Assembly: GCF_004010195.1 (NCBI RefSeq)
Contig: NC_057758.1
Coordinates: 3,313,881-3,377,880 of the forward strand
Length of the DNA stretch: 64,000 nucleotides
Reading direction: 5' to 3'
Source of the DNA: Chiloscyllium plagiosum
Taxonomy: Eukaryota
The notes under the pieces are model-generated. The model searched no databases. It had not been told where the DNA came from and saw only the letters and a list, made by a program, of their open reading frames with translations. Each line of letters begins with the position of its first letter. The first letter of the stretch is position 1. A program made the translations under genes and the position numbers. Positions 12,150 to 25,164 of this stretch are shown here, one piece after another.

Positions 12150-13950
12150 CTGTGGGAGGTGGGACTTTTAAAGTTGGATGATCTACACTTGGCCAGGAAC
12201 AAAACCTGTACAGGAGTTACTGAGAGATAATGACGTTATTACATTGTTATAATGGAGGGACAACGCTTACCCAAAGTTTTAAAGATTATCTGCAAAACTG
12301 AACAACCTGACATCTTCACACCCTATGATTGGAATACCGTAAGTGATAGGTACTTGAAAGGCAAGATTCTCGAGATTGTATTCAGGAGGACTTTCCGCAG
12401 CAGTACGTGTCCAGGCCAATGAGAATGAAGCTATTGTTTGACCTGGTCTTTGGAGAAGTTCTAGATCAAATATATCAAGTGGGAGCACATTTAGGAAATA
12501 GTTACCATTATAACAGAAGATTCAGGATGATGATGGAGAAGTACAATGCTCAATTTATGGTAAGGTTTGGCAAAGAGAGGTCTTCAATGGGACAACAATA
12601 GGTTGGTGGAAGAGATTGTAAATAAACATTCAACTACCTTTGAAGAGGAGATGGTCAAAGTACTATCAAGGTTTATTTTCTCAATTTGGAAAGAGTGGAC
12701 AAAGGCAGAGCGCCACGATTGACAAAGATGCTATCATAAGTTGAAACACATGTTGATGATAGGTGTCACTCGGACTTACAAGTTAAGATCAGGAGGCAGT
12801 TAGTTGATTCAATGGGAGGTTAAAGTTGTCGTAGAGAAAAAAGAGCAAGAGTGAAAAGTGATGTTCCAAAACGTACTTTATGTATATAGCTTTTCTTATG
12901 TGGTGACATAAGGACTAGGAATAATGAGGGTCAAAAACATATGGAAACAGAGGACAGACAATTTTTATCATGGACTCAGATGAAGGACAGAAGGTGGAGC
13001 AGTACAATTTGCAGCCTGCACCAAGATAGGAAGGGGAAGTATGTTGTGAAGTGGCACAAGGAGGATGCAGATTTACAGAGACAGGTTGAACGGGTGGGCA
13101 AAACTCGGCCAGCTGGAACATAGGGTGTGAAAATGTCAGGTTGTTCGGTTTGGCAGATAATCTTTAAAACAACAGCAAATATCATTTCAACAGAGGGGCC
13201 ATTGCAAAATTCCGACGTGCAGAGAGATTTACATCGTCGGGCGCACTAGCCCCGATAATTATTATATAAACAAAGAACATAATGACTTTTTTTTTAGATT
13301 AGATTACTTAGTGTGGAAACAGGCCCTCCAGCCCAACAAGTCCACACCGACCCGCCGAAGCACACCCACCCATACCCATTCCCCTACATTTAACACTACG
13401 GGCAATTTAGCATGGCCAATTCACCTAACCTGCACATCTTTGGACTGTGGGAGGAAACCGGAGCACCCGAAGGAAACCCACGCAGACACGGGGAGAATGT
13501 GCAAACTCCCCATAGTCAGTCGCCTGAGGCGGGAATTGAACCCGGGTCTCTGGCGCTGTGAGGCAGCACTGCTAACTACTGTGCCACCATGCCACCCACT
13601 ACATATGTATTTACGACAAGATAGTGTGAATACAAATGCAATGCTCTACTTTGGGATCTGGGAAGACCACATCTGGAATACTGGCCTTCCTTGTTGAAGA
13701 AAAGCTGTGTGTGTGTCTGTGTTGGAAGTTTCGTGGAGTGATACCTGCAATGAGTGGGCTGTTTTCTGAGGAAATGTTGGACAGACTGAACTTATTCCGG
13801 CTCGAGTTTTGAAGAGTGGGAGAAGGTGGATGCGGCTGACCTGATTGAATAGCATGAGATGCTGAACAGCGTGGACAAGTGGACATGAGAGGGGCTGTAT
13901 ACTGGTGTAGGTCAGTCCAGAACAAAAGTGCAATGATTTACATTGGGCGT
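12150..13950 (+). mobile_element. Old, highly decayed CR1 LINE fragments
   Basis: Residual motifs LDLVFGE...VGAHLGNSYH and EDADLQRQVERV plus an RT C-terminal remnant; interrupted by a SINE. Confidence 0.55.
13297..13597 (-). mobile_element. HE1-like V-SINE
   Basis: Reverse-complement match to 2465-2786 including the A/B boxes and tail. Confidence 0.9.
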
Positions 13951-15376
13951 GGTGGTGGGTGGCGTGTGGAAGTCTGACACCGGGTTATTGGGGAAAGGAT
14001 GTGGAGGTTTTGAGCAATGGAAAGTTATTGGAGGCGGATGGGAAGGTGAAATTAGAAAGAGAATTGAATCAACCAAGATCTTATTGAATGATGGTGTACG
14101 CGTGTGAGAGGGTTCGTAAAATTACAGTCTGCTCCTATCTGGAATGTTTACATAACCCTTAACAGGGACCAAATGAGTTATTCCTTAGTCAGATCCGATG
14201 GCTCTGTTGACATTGATTTTCAAAGACAGTACTTACAGCTTTTTTCTGTAATATTCATCCCAGTCATCCTATCTTGACCTGTCATACTTATTCCAGGCCT
14301 GTGTCAACCCAAACCTTTCAATACAACACATCTCAATCCTGCACAATGATATGGTTCCCAACGCACAGTCCCAATCCGTTCTGTGTATGTGGCATCCTTC
14401 CTCTCTCTCTCCCCTCTCTCTCTCTCACCAAATATTTACTGTCATCAATTTTCTTAACTTTCTGAACACCACATAAAAAGCAATATGTCATATCCACTCC
14501 TTCCTTCACAGAGACGCATACTTTGGAACACCCACAATATTTTATCATCTTTTTGGGAGGGTGGGGATGGAGGATGAAAACCTGTGACAGTATCTCACCA
14601 ATTCTATTTACCACAGGCATTATATTTCATTTCCATGTTATTCCCTTTCTAACAGGTCACTCTGAGCTGACCGATATCTTATTGTTTCCTGATGTAGCAA
14701 CATTATCTGCCTTTAGATTTATTCTGTGCGCCTTGGTGTTTCTCTCTGATGTTATGCCCTGGCTTCCACCCTCCTGGCCAGCTCGCTATAAACCTGCCTT
14801 CAGTCACCTGTCATTCTGGTCCACTGGGAGCTATGCAAGTCACATCAGTCTCAGCATTGGTGCTATTGCTCCTTCGTCCTACAACATACTATTGTGCTCC
14901 ATTGTTCTAGTCACTCTTTTCTTTTCACTTTTCTTTTGTTAATTGTGAACATTAATCCCCTCATCAATCCTCTTCAGTTACTCTCTGAAAAATCTGGAAA
15001 AGGTTCATTATTTTCAAAACAAGGTGATTAGATTGTGTAAGGTGAAGAGAGAGTGGTTTAGAGGTCTTGGAATTATTTTTATTTCAGGTGGTAAAAATAC
15101 AGAAAATGCTATCAAGGAGGATGTTGAAGGCGTGTACTCTTGCAGCATTTACAAAGCACCTGAATGAGCACAGAACGTGCTGGGGCATAGCAGGTTGTGG
15201 GCGAAATGCAGGTAAATGTGATGAGTGTAGTTTACTCTCTTGGTTGGCATGAACTTGGTGGGCCAAAGGACGTGTTTCTATGCTGTTTGACTCTCTGATG
15301 CCATGTTTTGTACAAAGCATGTTTGAGTTAGATTAATAAGGTCCTACCCCCTTAACACATGATCACTGATATTACA

Positions 15377-15661
15377 AAGTTAAAAATCACACAACACCAG
15401 GTTATAATCCAACAGATTTAATTGGAAGCACACTAACTTAACAGACAATCAAATTTTCAATGTATAATTTCAGTTACATCACACTGTAAATTTTTGTTAT
15501 AAATTCTGTGTGTTAAGATTGAGCCCTCCACTACCACCTGATGAAGGAGCGTCGCACCGAAAGCTAGTTTGCTTCCAATTAAACCTCTTGGACTATAACC
15601 TGGTGTTGTGTGATTTTTAACTTTGTACACCCCAGTCCAACACCGGCATCTCCAAATCATG
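15377..15661 (+). mobile_element. Short PLE 3'-end insertion with inverted 5' segment and 12-bp TSD
   Basis: ACTGATATTACA at 15365-15376 and 15662-15673; hammerhead core CTGATGAAGGAGCGTCGCACCGAAAGCTA from 15538. Confidence 0.8.
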
Positions 15662-16123
15662 ACTGATATTACACTGAGAGCTCCACACATACATGCCTGC
15701 CATTAAATTGTTACGAGATATGCCTTTTGCAAAACCATCTCTGGCTCAAACGAAGAAAAAAAACAAAACTAAAAAATTGAAAGATTATTGTTATTGAGAT
15801 GGTGTTTTTTTAAAGCCTAGTATCTGGAAATCTCAATTAGGATTATAAATATTCTCCTGACGCTTTGGGAGCAAGGTATGTTGATTTGAGAATCGTGAGC
15901 TGAACTTGTTTTTTTTTTCAGAGACTGCAATCAATGTCAGTGTCCAGGGATACTGGTTGTGACGCTGGAGAGTTTCCCTCTTCTGCTCATAAGGGACCCC
16001 TTCCAAAGTGTGCTCTCGTGGTATCGCAGCGAACTCTCAGCTCTGGCATGCACAGGCGTCAGCATCTCAGAGAGGTAAAGGAGCAACTGTAATTCAAGAA
16101 GTACACACTGGAATATTGCAGCA

Positions 16124-16304
16124 ATGGAACTGAATATGGGGACAGCAGACTGGAGTTTCACAAAGATAGATAAGACACTGTCTTCACAAATCATCTATTA
16201 CATTAGAAATCAGCACTGGATGACAGTCAATGATCGAATACGATATGTACTCCTGCTGTTTCAGCACGTTTACTATCCCTTCCTTGCTGCTGTTGGTATC
16301 TTTG
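16124..16304 (+). CDS. Coding exon 1 of a GPR139/GPR142-like orphan class A GPCR (N-terminus and start of TM1)
   Basis: ATG at 16124 reads MELNMGTADW...VYYPFLAAVGIF, then G|GTAAGT donor at 16305 (phase 1). YYPxLAxVG is typical of TM1 in this receptor group and splices in frame to exon 2 (G+TT=Val, giving AVGIFVNIMAIAILSR). Confidence 0.85.
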
Positions 16305-16589
16305 GTAAGTCTCTCTAAATAGTGAAGTCACTCCATGAGCTGGACGTAAGGGGTCTGTCAAATGAAGACAGACCGAGTGGTTTAGACGTTCATACTGACT
16401 GTGTGCTGCCTTTGAGGAGCGCGGCTAACTGGATGGCTGCTTTGCCATGCAGGGTGGCACCAGCAGCAGATGTTCAATTCTGGAGGTCCGTGATGGTCCC
16501 ATATTGCTTCCGATATAGCGACTAAATCTCCTCTCCTGGAAAGTGACTATGTACAGTGCGTCCACATTAATATCATCCTCATTTCTGCT

Positions 16590-17030
16590 ACACATATTGA
16601 TCAAAGTTCCTCCAAGGGAACTTGCAGGGCGAGTTGTTTCATGTAGCTGCTGTCCTTGTCCTTCCAGACTGAGGTGGTGGTAAGTTTGGAAGATGCTGTC
16701 TGAGGGTCTGAGTGAATGTTTGCAGTGCATCCTGTTGATAGTACACAATACTCCAGCTAAGCATCGATGCTGGAGAGAGTGGATGTCTGTGTACATGGTG
16801 CTAATCATGCAAGCTGCATTTTTCTGAATGGTGTCGAGGGACCTGAGTTTTGTTGGAGCTGCACCCATTCAGGCAAGCAAGGAGTATTCCACCACTTTTC
16901 TGACTTGAGGTGGGATACAGGCCTTTGGGGGGGGGGGGGGGGGGGGGGGAGATTGGGGTGGCATCAGGAGGTGAGTGATTCACTGCAGGATTCCTAGGCT
17001 CTGGTAGCCACTGCATTCATAAATCTAATA
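16590..17030 (-). mobile_element. LINE 3' fragment (L2/CR1-group) in the GPCR intron
   Basis: ORF 16425..16868 reads LDTIQKNAACMI...IHSLQHRCLAGVLCTINRMHC, an RT C-terminal motif. Confidence 0.6.
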
Positions 17031-20000
17031 CAGATCAGTCTGAATGATCATTTTGTCTACACACTGTTGCCAGTCAAAAGCAGATACAATTAAAATATCC
17101 ATCACTGAATTCAGTCAATGGCTAGAAAATGTCAACCTGAACTCCGTCAGACATGCGTCCTTCTTCCCAAACTGCTATGTGATGTTCCATGATGTTTTCT
17201 ATTCTTTATGGTCCGCTCTTAGGCAGGAACATTTCCTTTGGGAGACAGAACGCTTTCAGGACAGTTCACAGGCTCCTCGCAGCATGAGCAGATACAGAAA
17301 CAGTACCAGATGCATCCACTGTCCGAAGCAGGAGTGGGGATAACAGTGCCAGTTACTGAAGTAGTGTCACTGGACTGGAAAGGTTCACTCTGTCCCCCTC
17401 TCCACAGGTCCTGCCAGAGCTGCTGAATTTCTCCAGATATGTCAGCTTTCCTCTGAGATTCCAACAGTTCTTCTTTTATTTTTAATGATGGAAAGGGCAA
17501 GCAGGAAGGGGAGAAACACACAGATGGAAGGGATAGGTAGTGGAAGATTTTCATTGCTAAGAGAAACGCCCAAAGGCAAATTGGGTTGGGAATGGATTAA
17601 AAAGACAAAAGACAACTGCCGATTTTGGAGTTCCCTGCAAAATGCGAACTCTCCATTCCCAGCTCCAAACCGAAATAGAATTTTAAGTCTGAAATTGCTA
17701 AGGTCTGAAATAAGTGTCATTTCAGAGTCAGCTTGGATTGGTGTGTGCTGATGGCTTGACATTTCCTACTCTGCTTATGAGCAAACATTCAACAGGTTGG
17801 GACTCTATTCGCCACAATACAGAGTCATGAAAGGTGAGCTCATCACAATGTTCACTTCTCAGTTGGTGACAAGGGTCAATGCTTCTCGTGGATGAGTTTA
17901 GGAACAAAGCACATAATCTCAGAACACAAGGACTAGGACTTTAGACTGAGAGGAGGGGAATTTCATCTGTCAGAGGGTTGCAACTCATTGAAATTTCGTA
18001 CAGAGCAGTCGGAGTAGAGTCGTTGTATATGCTTAAGGCTGAAATAGTCAGATTCTTAATTGGGATCGAGAGTTACAGGGAAAGGGCAGGAAAGTCAATG
18101 TGAGGATTGTCAGACCAGTAATGCTCCTATTGAATGGCGGATCAGGTTTGATGGGCCAAACAGCCTTCTGCTGTTCCTATTTCCCATGAGCTCAATACCA
18201 CCACAGGGCTGCACTCTCTTTAGAGAGGTGACTCGGTAGTCAGCCCATCCTGAGGGCCACCATGACTCAAGTGTGTGGTGAGTTGCTGGAGGCAGAGATC
18301 TGCATGGTCACCCCAACCGATCAGGACAATGGAACTCGTGCTTTTGGCATCATTTTGCATTGCAAACCCGCTGTTCAATCAACTGAGTTAACCAACTCCC
18401 TCGCCGCCATTCCACTCCTTCCCCCATTAGCCCCACCATGTTAATAGCACCACGGTCCAGCCATCTAAACTTTAGAGGGCTTTGCTGCAGAGGGGTCTGC
18501 GGGCTATGTGCATGAATCAAAAGAAACAGGCATCCATGAATAGCGGGATGTAAGGAAAACAAGTTTTTTTTTTCATTTCTCTCTAAAGTAACAGCATATG
18601 AAAGTAAGGCGATGTGACTGCTACTGTGCAAGGTATTAGTAAGACCTCGTCTGGACTATTGCACATTAGTTTGATCCCTAATTTGAGGAAGGGGTCGTTG
18701 TATTTGAGGCAGTTCAGAGGAGCTTCACTCAATTGATTCTCTAGAAGAGAAGTTTGGCCTAACAGAATGCAAGGAGATCATATTGAGGTCTCTAAGATGC
18801 TACAGTGATTGATGCAGAAGATGTTTCATCAGGTCACAGTTTTGGGATAAGAGGTATGAATTTTAAAACAGAAATGAGAAAAATAATGCTTCTCTCAGTG
18901 GTCACTGGTGCGTGGAATCCATTACCACATAGTCTAGTCGAATCTTGCACATGAAATATAAGTAAGGAAAAGATGGACTGATTTCTCTTTGGTAACATGT
19001 TGAAGGGAGTGAGCAAGAAAGTGGAGTTAAGTCTGAGATGAGATTAACCAGTCGGATTCAATGGCGGGTAAGGCAAGACGTTCTGCAAGGTTATCCTCTG
19101 CTCCTACTTCTTTTATTATAAGGAATGCCTGAATGGAGTAGATTTGATGGATAGGCGGAATTTTAATTGGGGGACGGCAACGAGGAGGGCCAGAGCACAA
19201 TTTCAAAACATTTCTCCACAGCTACTGAAGGCATGTCCAACACTGAAGGTGAAACTGCATCTATGCCACATCTGTCCTGTCCACCAAATTGTCAATGTTC
19301 CTTTCGATTTCCCCACTGTCCACCACACAGTTTATAATTCGCCCAAATTGAGAAACAAACTCTGACATTGTTCTCCCCATACCACGATTGAGGTCTTTCA
19401 TATAAATTGAGGTTGTGCATGGGGATGACGCCAGAATTAGAGAGGTGAGTTTGGACATGATCAGAATTCTAAGGGCCCAGAGAGTAGAATGTGGAAGGAG
19501 GGCCATTTCTGCATGGAAACAGAAGGTCCAACCTGACAGGTGTGGAGGCTGCAACCTGGTCCAAGCGGGAGGGTTATTATTGACAGGGGATACTTCAGGT
19601 ATACACTCCGCTTTCCTTCATCAATATTCTGCTGACCAGTGCAACTGTCAGTTTCTGTGGTGGGTAAGCCTTACATGCAGTATTATATCAATGACCTGTG
19701 TAACTCCTATTTCTTTTTAAAGGATGCAGATAAAATGAATGCTGCTTTCGAGCAATTGTGCACAAAGTAAACCCACCCTAACCTGGCTTCTGCACGTAAT
19801 CATTCCAAAGAGGCGATGTTACACTGAAATGATGATCAGGGAATCTGAATCCAAATGCAAACAAAATGAAATTGTCGATTTGATTCGACGAGACCACAAG
19901 ACATAGGAGCAGAAATAAGGTATTCGGCCCAACACCTCTGCTCTGCTATTCAATGAGGTCGTGGCTGATCTGATCACCTCCACATTCCTGCTTCTTCCCC

Positions 20001-21957
20001 CATTAACATCATTGAAATGTGATCAGAATGAAAAACTCTGTGTTGTGGAATCAAGTTATCCCTGTGCCTGAATCGCAAATGGGGGCAGGAAAAGTAAGCA
20101 ATTGGGAAAAAAACATAGAACATAAAACAGTACGGCACAGGAACAGGCCATCCAGCCCACGATATAGTGCTGAAATAGGACACCAAATTAAACCAATCCC
20201 TTCTACCTGCCACTGGTCCAAAGTCTTCTATTCTTGCATGTTCATGTGCTTATGTAAACGTGCCTGCCTTGTTCCTACTTATTTGCCTCCACCAGGACCC
20301 TGGAAGCACGTCCCACACTCCTACAGCTCTCTGCGTAAATAAACGTGTCCCCCTCAAATCTGCTTGAAACTTTCCGCCTCTCATCTTATGCTTCCCCCAA
20401 TTTTAAACATTTCAACTCTGGGATAAATTGCTGACTATCAGCCATCTCTAAGCATTTTATAGCTTTCTGGACTTTTCTCGTCTCCCCTCAGCCTGCACCG
20501 GTCAGAGAAAACAACGCAAGTGGGTTTTTTTTGCATCTCCTTAAAGCTCATTTCCTCAAATCCAGGCAGCTTCCTGGTAAACTTTTTCTGTCCCCTTTCC
20601 AAAGCGTCCACATCATCCCTGTTATGTGGTGACTAGAAAGGTAGAATGTTCAGCATTTATTTTGAGGGAAACTTAACTCAAAAGTGTGGAGGCTACATCC
20701 TAGTTATACAAAGCACTGGAAAAATCACAGTATTGGCAGTTTGGCTGCTGACGAAATGTTAGTCAGAATAGGCTTGTTCCCGTTGGAGTTTTGAAAAGTT
20801 TTAAAACATAGAACTCCGAAAGATAAGTGTCAGTGTGCGCACTCAAAGCATGTTCCCTCATCCTATCATCAAAGCGGGGAGGTCAGCCTTGTTTAAAACA
20901 GACGTTCAGCAGACCTTGCCATGAGCAGGAACAAGCATATCGAGGAAAGGCAAGTACAGACTTGATGAAGAGACACCGATCCTGAATTCGTGACCCTAAC
21001 AGCGCCAGTAGCTTGTGGTTGACAGAGTTGAAGTATCCTCAAAGCAACAGTTGAGATTTAGGACATGCAAGTGTAAATGATGGCAGATAATTTAACTTGG
21101 AACTGAGGGATGGAGCTTGACAAATGTCACAATATGACGGAGCCCTTGCACATGGTGAAAGAAAAAATCTGAGTATGCGTAGATGTTTTCAGCTCGAGGT
21201 TTCTCGTGCCGATGTCATCTTGGCCTCCTGTCAGTCCACATGATACACATCAGCAATCTATCCCAGCTTCGGCGATGATTGCACAGGTTGCAGGAACCAG
21301 CTGCACCACTAGTGGTGCTGTTTCAATATATCAAAAGCACTGGCATTGATGTTCCTGTCTTCTCACATCCCGCCAGTCTGTTTTTGATCGTCAGCTAAGT
21401 GTTGGTAAATTGCCGTCAATGACACGCTCGCGGAGGCCCAGTCGGTGTTCCCCTTGGGCCATTAACACACATAACGTCAGGACAAACCTTATAGGATCTC
21501 AGCAGATTGGCAACATTTGTAGACAGAGAGGAAATCAGAGATAAAGTTTCATCTAAGTGCTATGGTGTGTCCTTAGACTATCACCAACACTTCCCCCACC
21601 CGATCTCAAGTTCTAGACGCCACCGTTCATTGCAAACATCCTTCTTATATGTACCCTGTACAGTCTTTTTCCGGCTCCAGCATGATTCTTCTTTAGGGCA
21701 GCACTTTTGGAAACTGAAGTATGGTTCACATTTCAAATCCAGAATGGTGTAAATATCCACAAGGATTCTGGCTGGCACAACTTTCTGTAACAAGGAATTC
21801 CAAAACACACAAACTTCGAGAGAAGCAAAACATTCCCATTTCAGTCTTTCATGGGTGTCCCTTAATTCCAAGACTGTGCTCCTCTATACATTGTCAAATG
21901 GTATGTGTGCTCTGCAACTCATGTATAATTTTCAGGTTTTGTTGCTCTTTCTCACAG

Positions 21958-22859
21958 TTAACATAATGGCGATTGCAATCCTCTCACGGGATCAATGTGG
22001 TCTATCCAAATGTGTTACCCAGTATCTGGTGTACATGGCAGTGGCGGATCTACTGGTCAACATTTTTGACCTGATTCTGAGGCATATTCCAATTGTTTAC
22101 GTGAAAGAATTTCAGTTTGTGAAGTCCCTCCCTCTTTGCAACATCCACACCGTTCTTGTCCATGCAGCCACGGACTGTTCTGTCTGGTTCACTGTTGCTT
22201 TCACCTTTGATCGATTTGTGGCCATCTGTTGCCAGAAACTGAAACGTAAATATTGCACGGAGAAAATTGCATCTGTCATTTTGGGAATAGTGACAATACT
22301 GAGCTGTTTAAAGAATATTTTTTGGTATTTTATGTTAACAGGTCAGTATCAGCTAAAGAACTTCCCTTGGTTTTGTGAGTTAAGATCGGGTCTTATATTA
22401 TCTAAATTCTGGGGAATAGTCGAAATCAGTCATCATCTTCTCACACCATGTTTGGCAATTCTTTTTACTGTTCTGTTCAATGCTTTATGTGTCAGACATC
22501 TCTTAATGGCCAACAGAGTCCGTGGGAGACTCCAGGCACTCAGCAGCAGGAACAACATCACAGAGCCAAAAATGGAGAATCGAAGAAAATCCCTAATTTT
22601 ACTGTTTTTCATCTCGGCCAACTTTGTACTGTCATGGGCAATCATTATGCTGTATTCAATATGGAACCGGGCGTGGCTATTGGGTCACAAGTTCATATTT
22701 CTGCATTATTTTGTGCGGGAAATTGGTTACATCTGCCAACTCACAAGTTACTGCACAAATATTTGTATTTATGCTGGGACATTGACCAAGTTCAGGAATC
22801 AGGTGATGGATGCATTCAAATATCCAATTCATCTGTTACTAAAATTGATTAATCAATGA
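21958..22859 (+). CDS. Coding exon 2 of the GPR139/GPR142-like GPCR (TM1 end to TM7 and C-terminus); spliced product 360 aa
   Basis: Polypyrimidine tract and CTCACAG acceptor ending at 21957. Open frame with TM2 MAVADLL, TM3 Cys (PLCN), SVWFTVAFTFDRFVAIC (DRF), ECL2 WFC, TM6 RRKSLILLFFISANFVLSW, TM7 CTNICIY and helix 8 KFRNQV. Stop TGA ends at 22859. Confidence 0.92.
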
Positions 22860-24672
22860 ATAACTGTTCAAAACAGAGAAACCATTTCCAAGTCAAGATC
22901 AGTGCAATTCACTTTCCCATGGTTTCAGAAAGAGAGACAAGATAAAGTTCATGAACGTACACTGGCAGGTGATATGCATGCATAATGGGGTCGGTCTATC
23001 TTCTTCCGGGTTCAGTGATAAACATACAGTGGCCTAAGTCTGTTCTCTCCTCTGGCTCAGTGTGATATGAACGGGGGAAAGGAGTCAGACAGGTGTCTCC
23101 CTGGGATCAGTGATGCGCACAGATTGAGTTCTCTCCACTTTTGTATCATTTTCAGTGACACACACACGTGGCTATCAGTACGTCTCTCAGCAGGGTCAGT
23201 AATACAAACGCAGGCGAGTTTGTGTGTAATCGCCCCGGGGTCCATCAGTTCACAGTGGGGTCCATCAGTTCACTCCCCGAGGTCAGTGATACACACACAG
23301 GGGTGTCTGCTGTCTTTCCCCGGGGACAGTGATACATATATAGTCGCGTCAGTCTGCATTTGTACCGGGCTCAGTGACACACATACAGTGGGATCATTGC
23401 TCTCCCCAGAGTCAGTGATATGCAGACATTGGCGTAAGTTTGCTCCCTCCGGGGTCGGTGAAACTGGTGTCAGCCTACAGTCTTCACTGGGGTCAGTCTG
23501 CTCTCTCACCGGGATCAATGATACACACACATTGAGGTCAGTTTGCTCCCTCTGCAAGGTCAGGAATGCACACGCCAAGGGGTCAGTGAGCTCTGACTGT
23601 TAATGATACGCTCACAGTTTGGTCATTCTGCTGCATTCCAGCTCTCAGTACTAAACACTCAGTGGGGTCAGTCTGCTCTGTGTCAGAGCCATTGGTACGC
23701 ACAGAGTGGGTCATTCTGCAGTGTCAAGGGCGCAAACATTTGGATCAGGGCAGAGATGATGAAGGGTTCCCACCCGAAACGTCGATTTTCCTGCTCCTCG
23801 GATGTGCCCGACCTGCTGTGCTTTTCCAGCATTACTCTAATCTTGACACATTAGGATCCGTCTGCTCTATTCCCACGGTCAGTGATGCACACATACAGAG
23901 GGTTCAATATGATCTCTCCTACGGGTCATTGTTGCACAACAGTATTTCTGCTGTCGCCCGGGCTGAGGGATAATACACCATAAGGTCAGTGTGCTCTCCC
24001 GAGAGTCAACAATACACACACAGTGGGGTCAATATACTCTCACCCCAGAGTCAGTGACACACACAAAAACAATGAAGTAAGTTCGCTCTCTCCTGCGGAT
24101 CAGTAATACACATATAGTGACATCATTGGGGAATTATCCCGGTGTCAGTAATGCTGATACACAGTGGGGTGAGTCTGCTTTACTTCCACGGTCAGGGATA
24201 AACATGCAATAGGATCAGCCTTCCCATCTCCCCAGATTCAGTGATAAATACAGAGCGGGGCAGTCTGGTCTCCCCACGGGTTCAGTGATATATACAGAGT
24301 GGAAAATATGTTGCTGGAAAAGCGCAGCAGGTCAGGCAGCATCCAGGGAACAGGAGAATCGACGTTTCGGGTATAAGCCCTTCTTCGATGATGTTCTGTC
24401 GATGGAGTCAGTGATATGTACCTATTGGGCTCAGACTGGTCTCTCTCTCTCTCTCTCTCTCTCTCTAAGTTTAGTGACATGCGCAGTGGGGTCCAGCATC
24501 TGCAGACCTCACTTTCTCCTCCTATATACAGAGTGGGCTGAGTCCGCACTCTCCCCAGCATCGGTAATCACACACAGTGTGGTCATTAGGCTTTCTCCTC
24601 GAGATCAGTGATGCACAAACAGTGGTATTATTCTGTTGTTCCCGAGGTCAATGATCTCTACACACACTGGAG

Positions 24673-24876
24673 GAGAAAGTGAGGTCTGCAGATGCTGGAG
24701 ATCAAAGTTGAAACTTTATTGCTGGAACAGCACAGCAGGTCAGGCAGCATCCAGGGAACAGGAGATTCGACGTTTCGGGCACAGGCCGAAGAAGGGCCTG
24801 TGCCCGAAACGTCGAATCTCCTGTTCCCTGGATGCTGCCTGACCTGCTGTGCTGTTCCAGCAATAAAGTTTCAACT
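24673..24876. mobile_element. Fold-back PLE derivative with perfect 82-bp inverted repeat and 15-bp TSD
   Basis: Arms 24706-24787 and 24795-24876 are exact reverse complements around the loop GAAGAAG. CTACACACACTGGAG at 24658-24672 and 24875-24889. Confidence 0.9.
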
Positions 24877-24904
24877 ACACACACTGGAGTCAACCTACCC
24901 TTAT

Positions 24905-25068
24905 GAGAAAGTGAGGACTGCAGATGCTGGAGATCAGAGCTGACAATGTGTTGCTGGAAAAGCGCAGCAGGTCAAGCAGCATGCAAGGAGCAGGAGAATC
25001 AACATTTTGGGCATGAGTCCTTCTTCAGGGATGATTCCTGAAGAAGAGCTCATGCCCGAAACGTCGAT
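24905..25068. mobile_element. Second fold-back PLE derivative with 15-bp TSD, directly adjacent to the first
   Basis: TCAACCTACCCTTAT at 24890-24904 and 25069-25083; hammerhead core CTGAAGAAGAGCTCATGCCCGAAACGTC from 25038. Confidence 0.85.
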
Positions 25069-25164
25069 TCAACCTACCCTTATCCAGGATCAGTGATGCA
25101 TGCACAATGGGGTGAGTTTGCTCTCTCGCCGAGTTCAACATGCACATATTGTGTATGTTGACCT

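Noticed and set aside
15876..15921. GTATGT...TTTTCAG mini-intron upstream of the GPCR
   Set aside because: 46 bp is too short for a typical vertebrate intron; the acceptor may instead pair with an unidentified upstream exon.
21855..21957. ORF-track N-terminus of the GPCR
   Set aside because: Non-ATG start in intronic sequence upstream of a clear splice acceptor; the real N-terminus is in exon 16124-16304.
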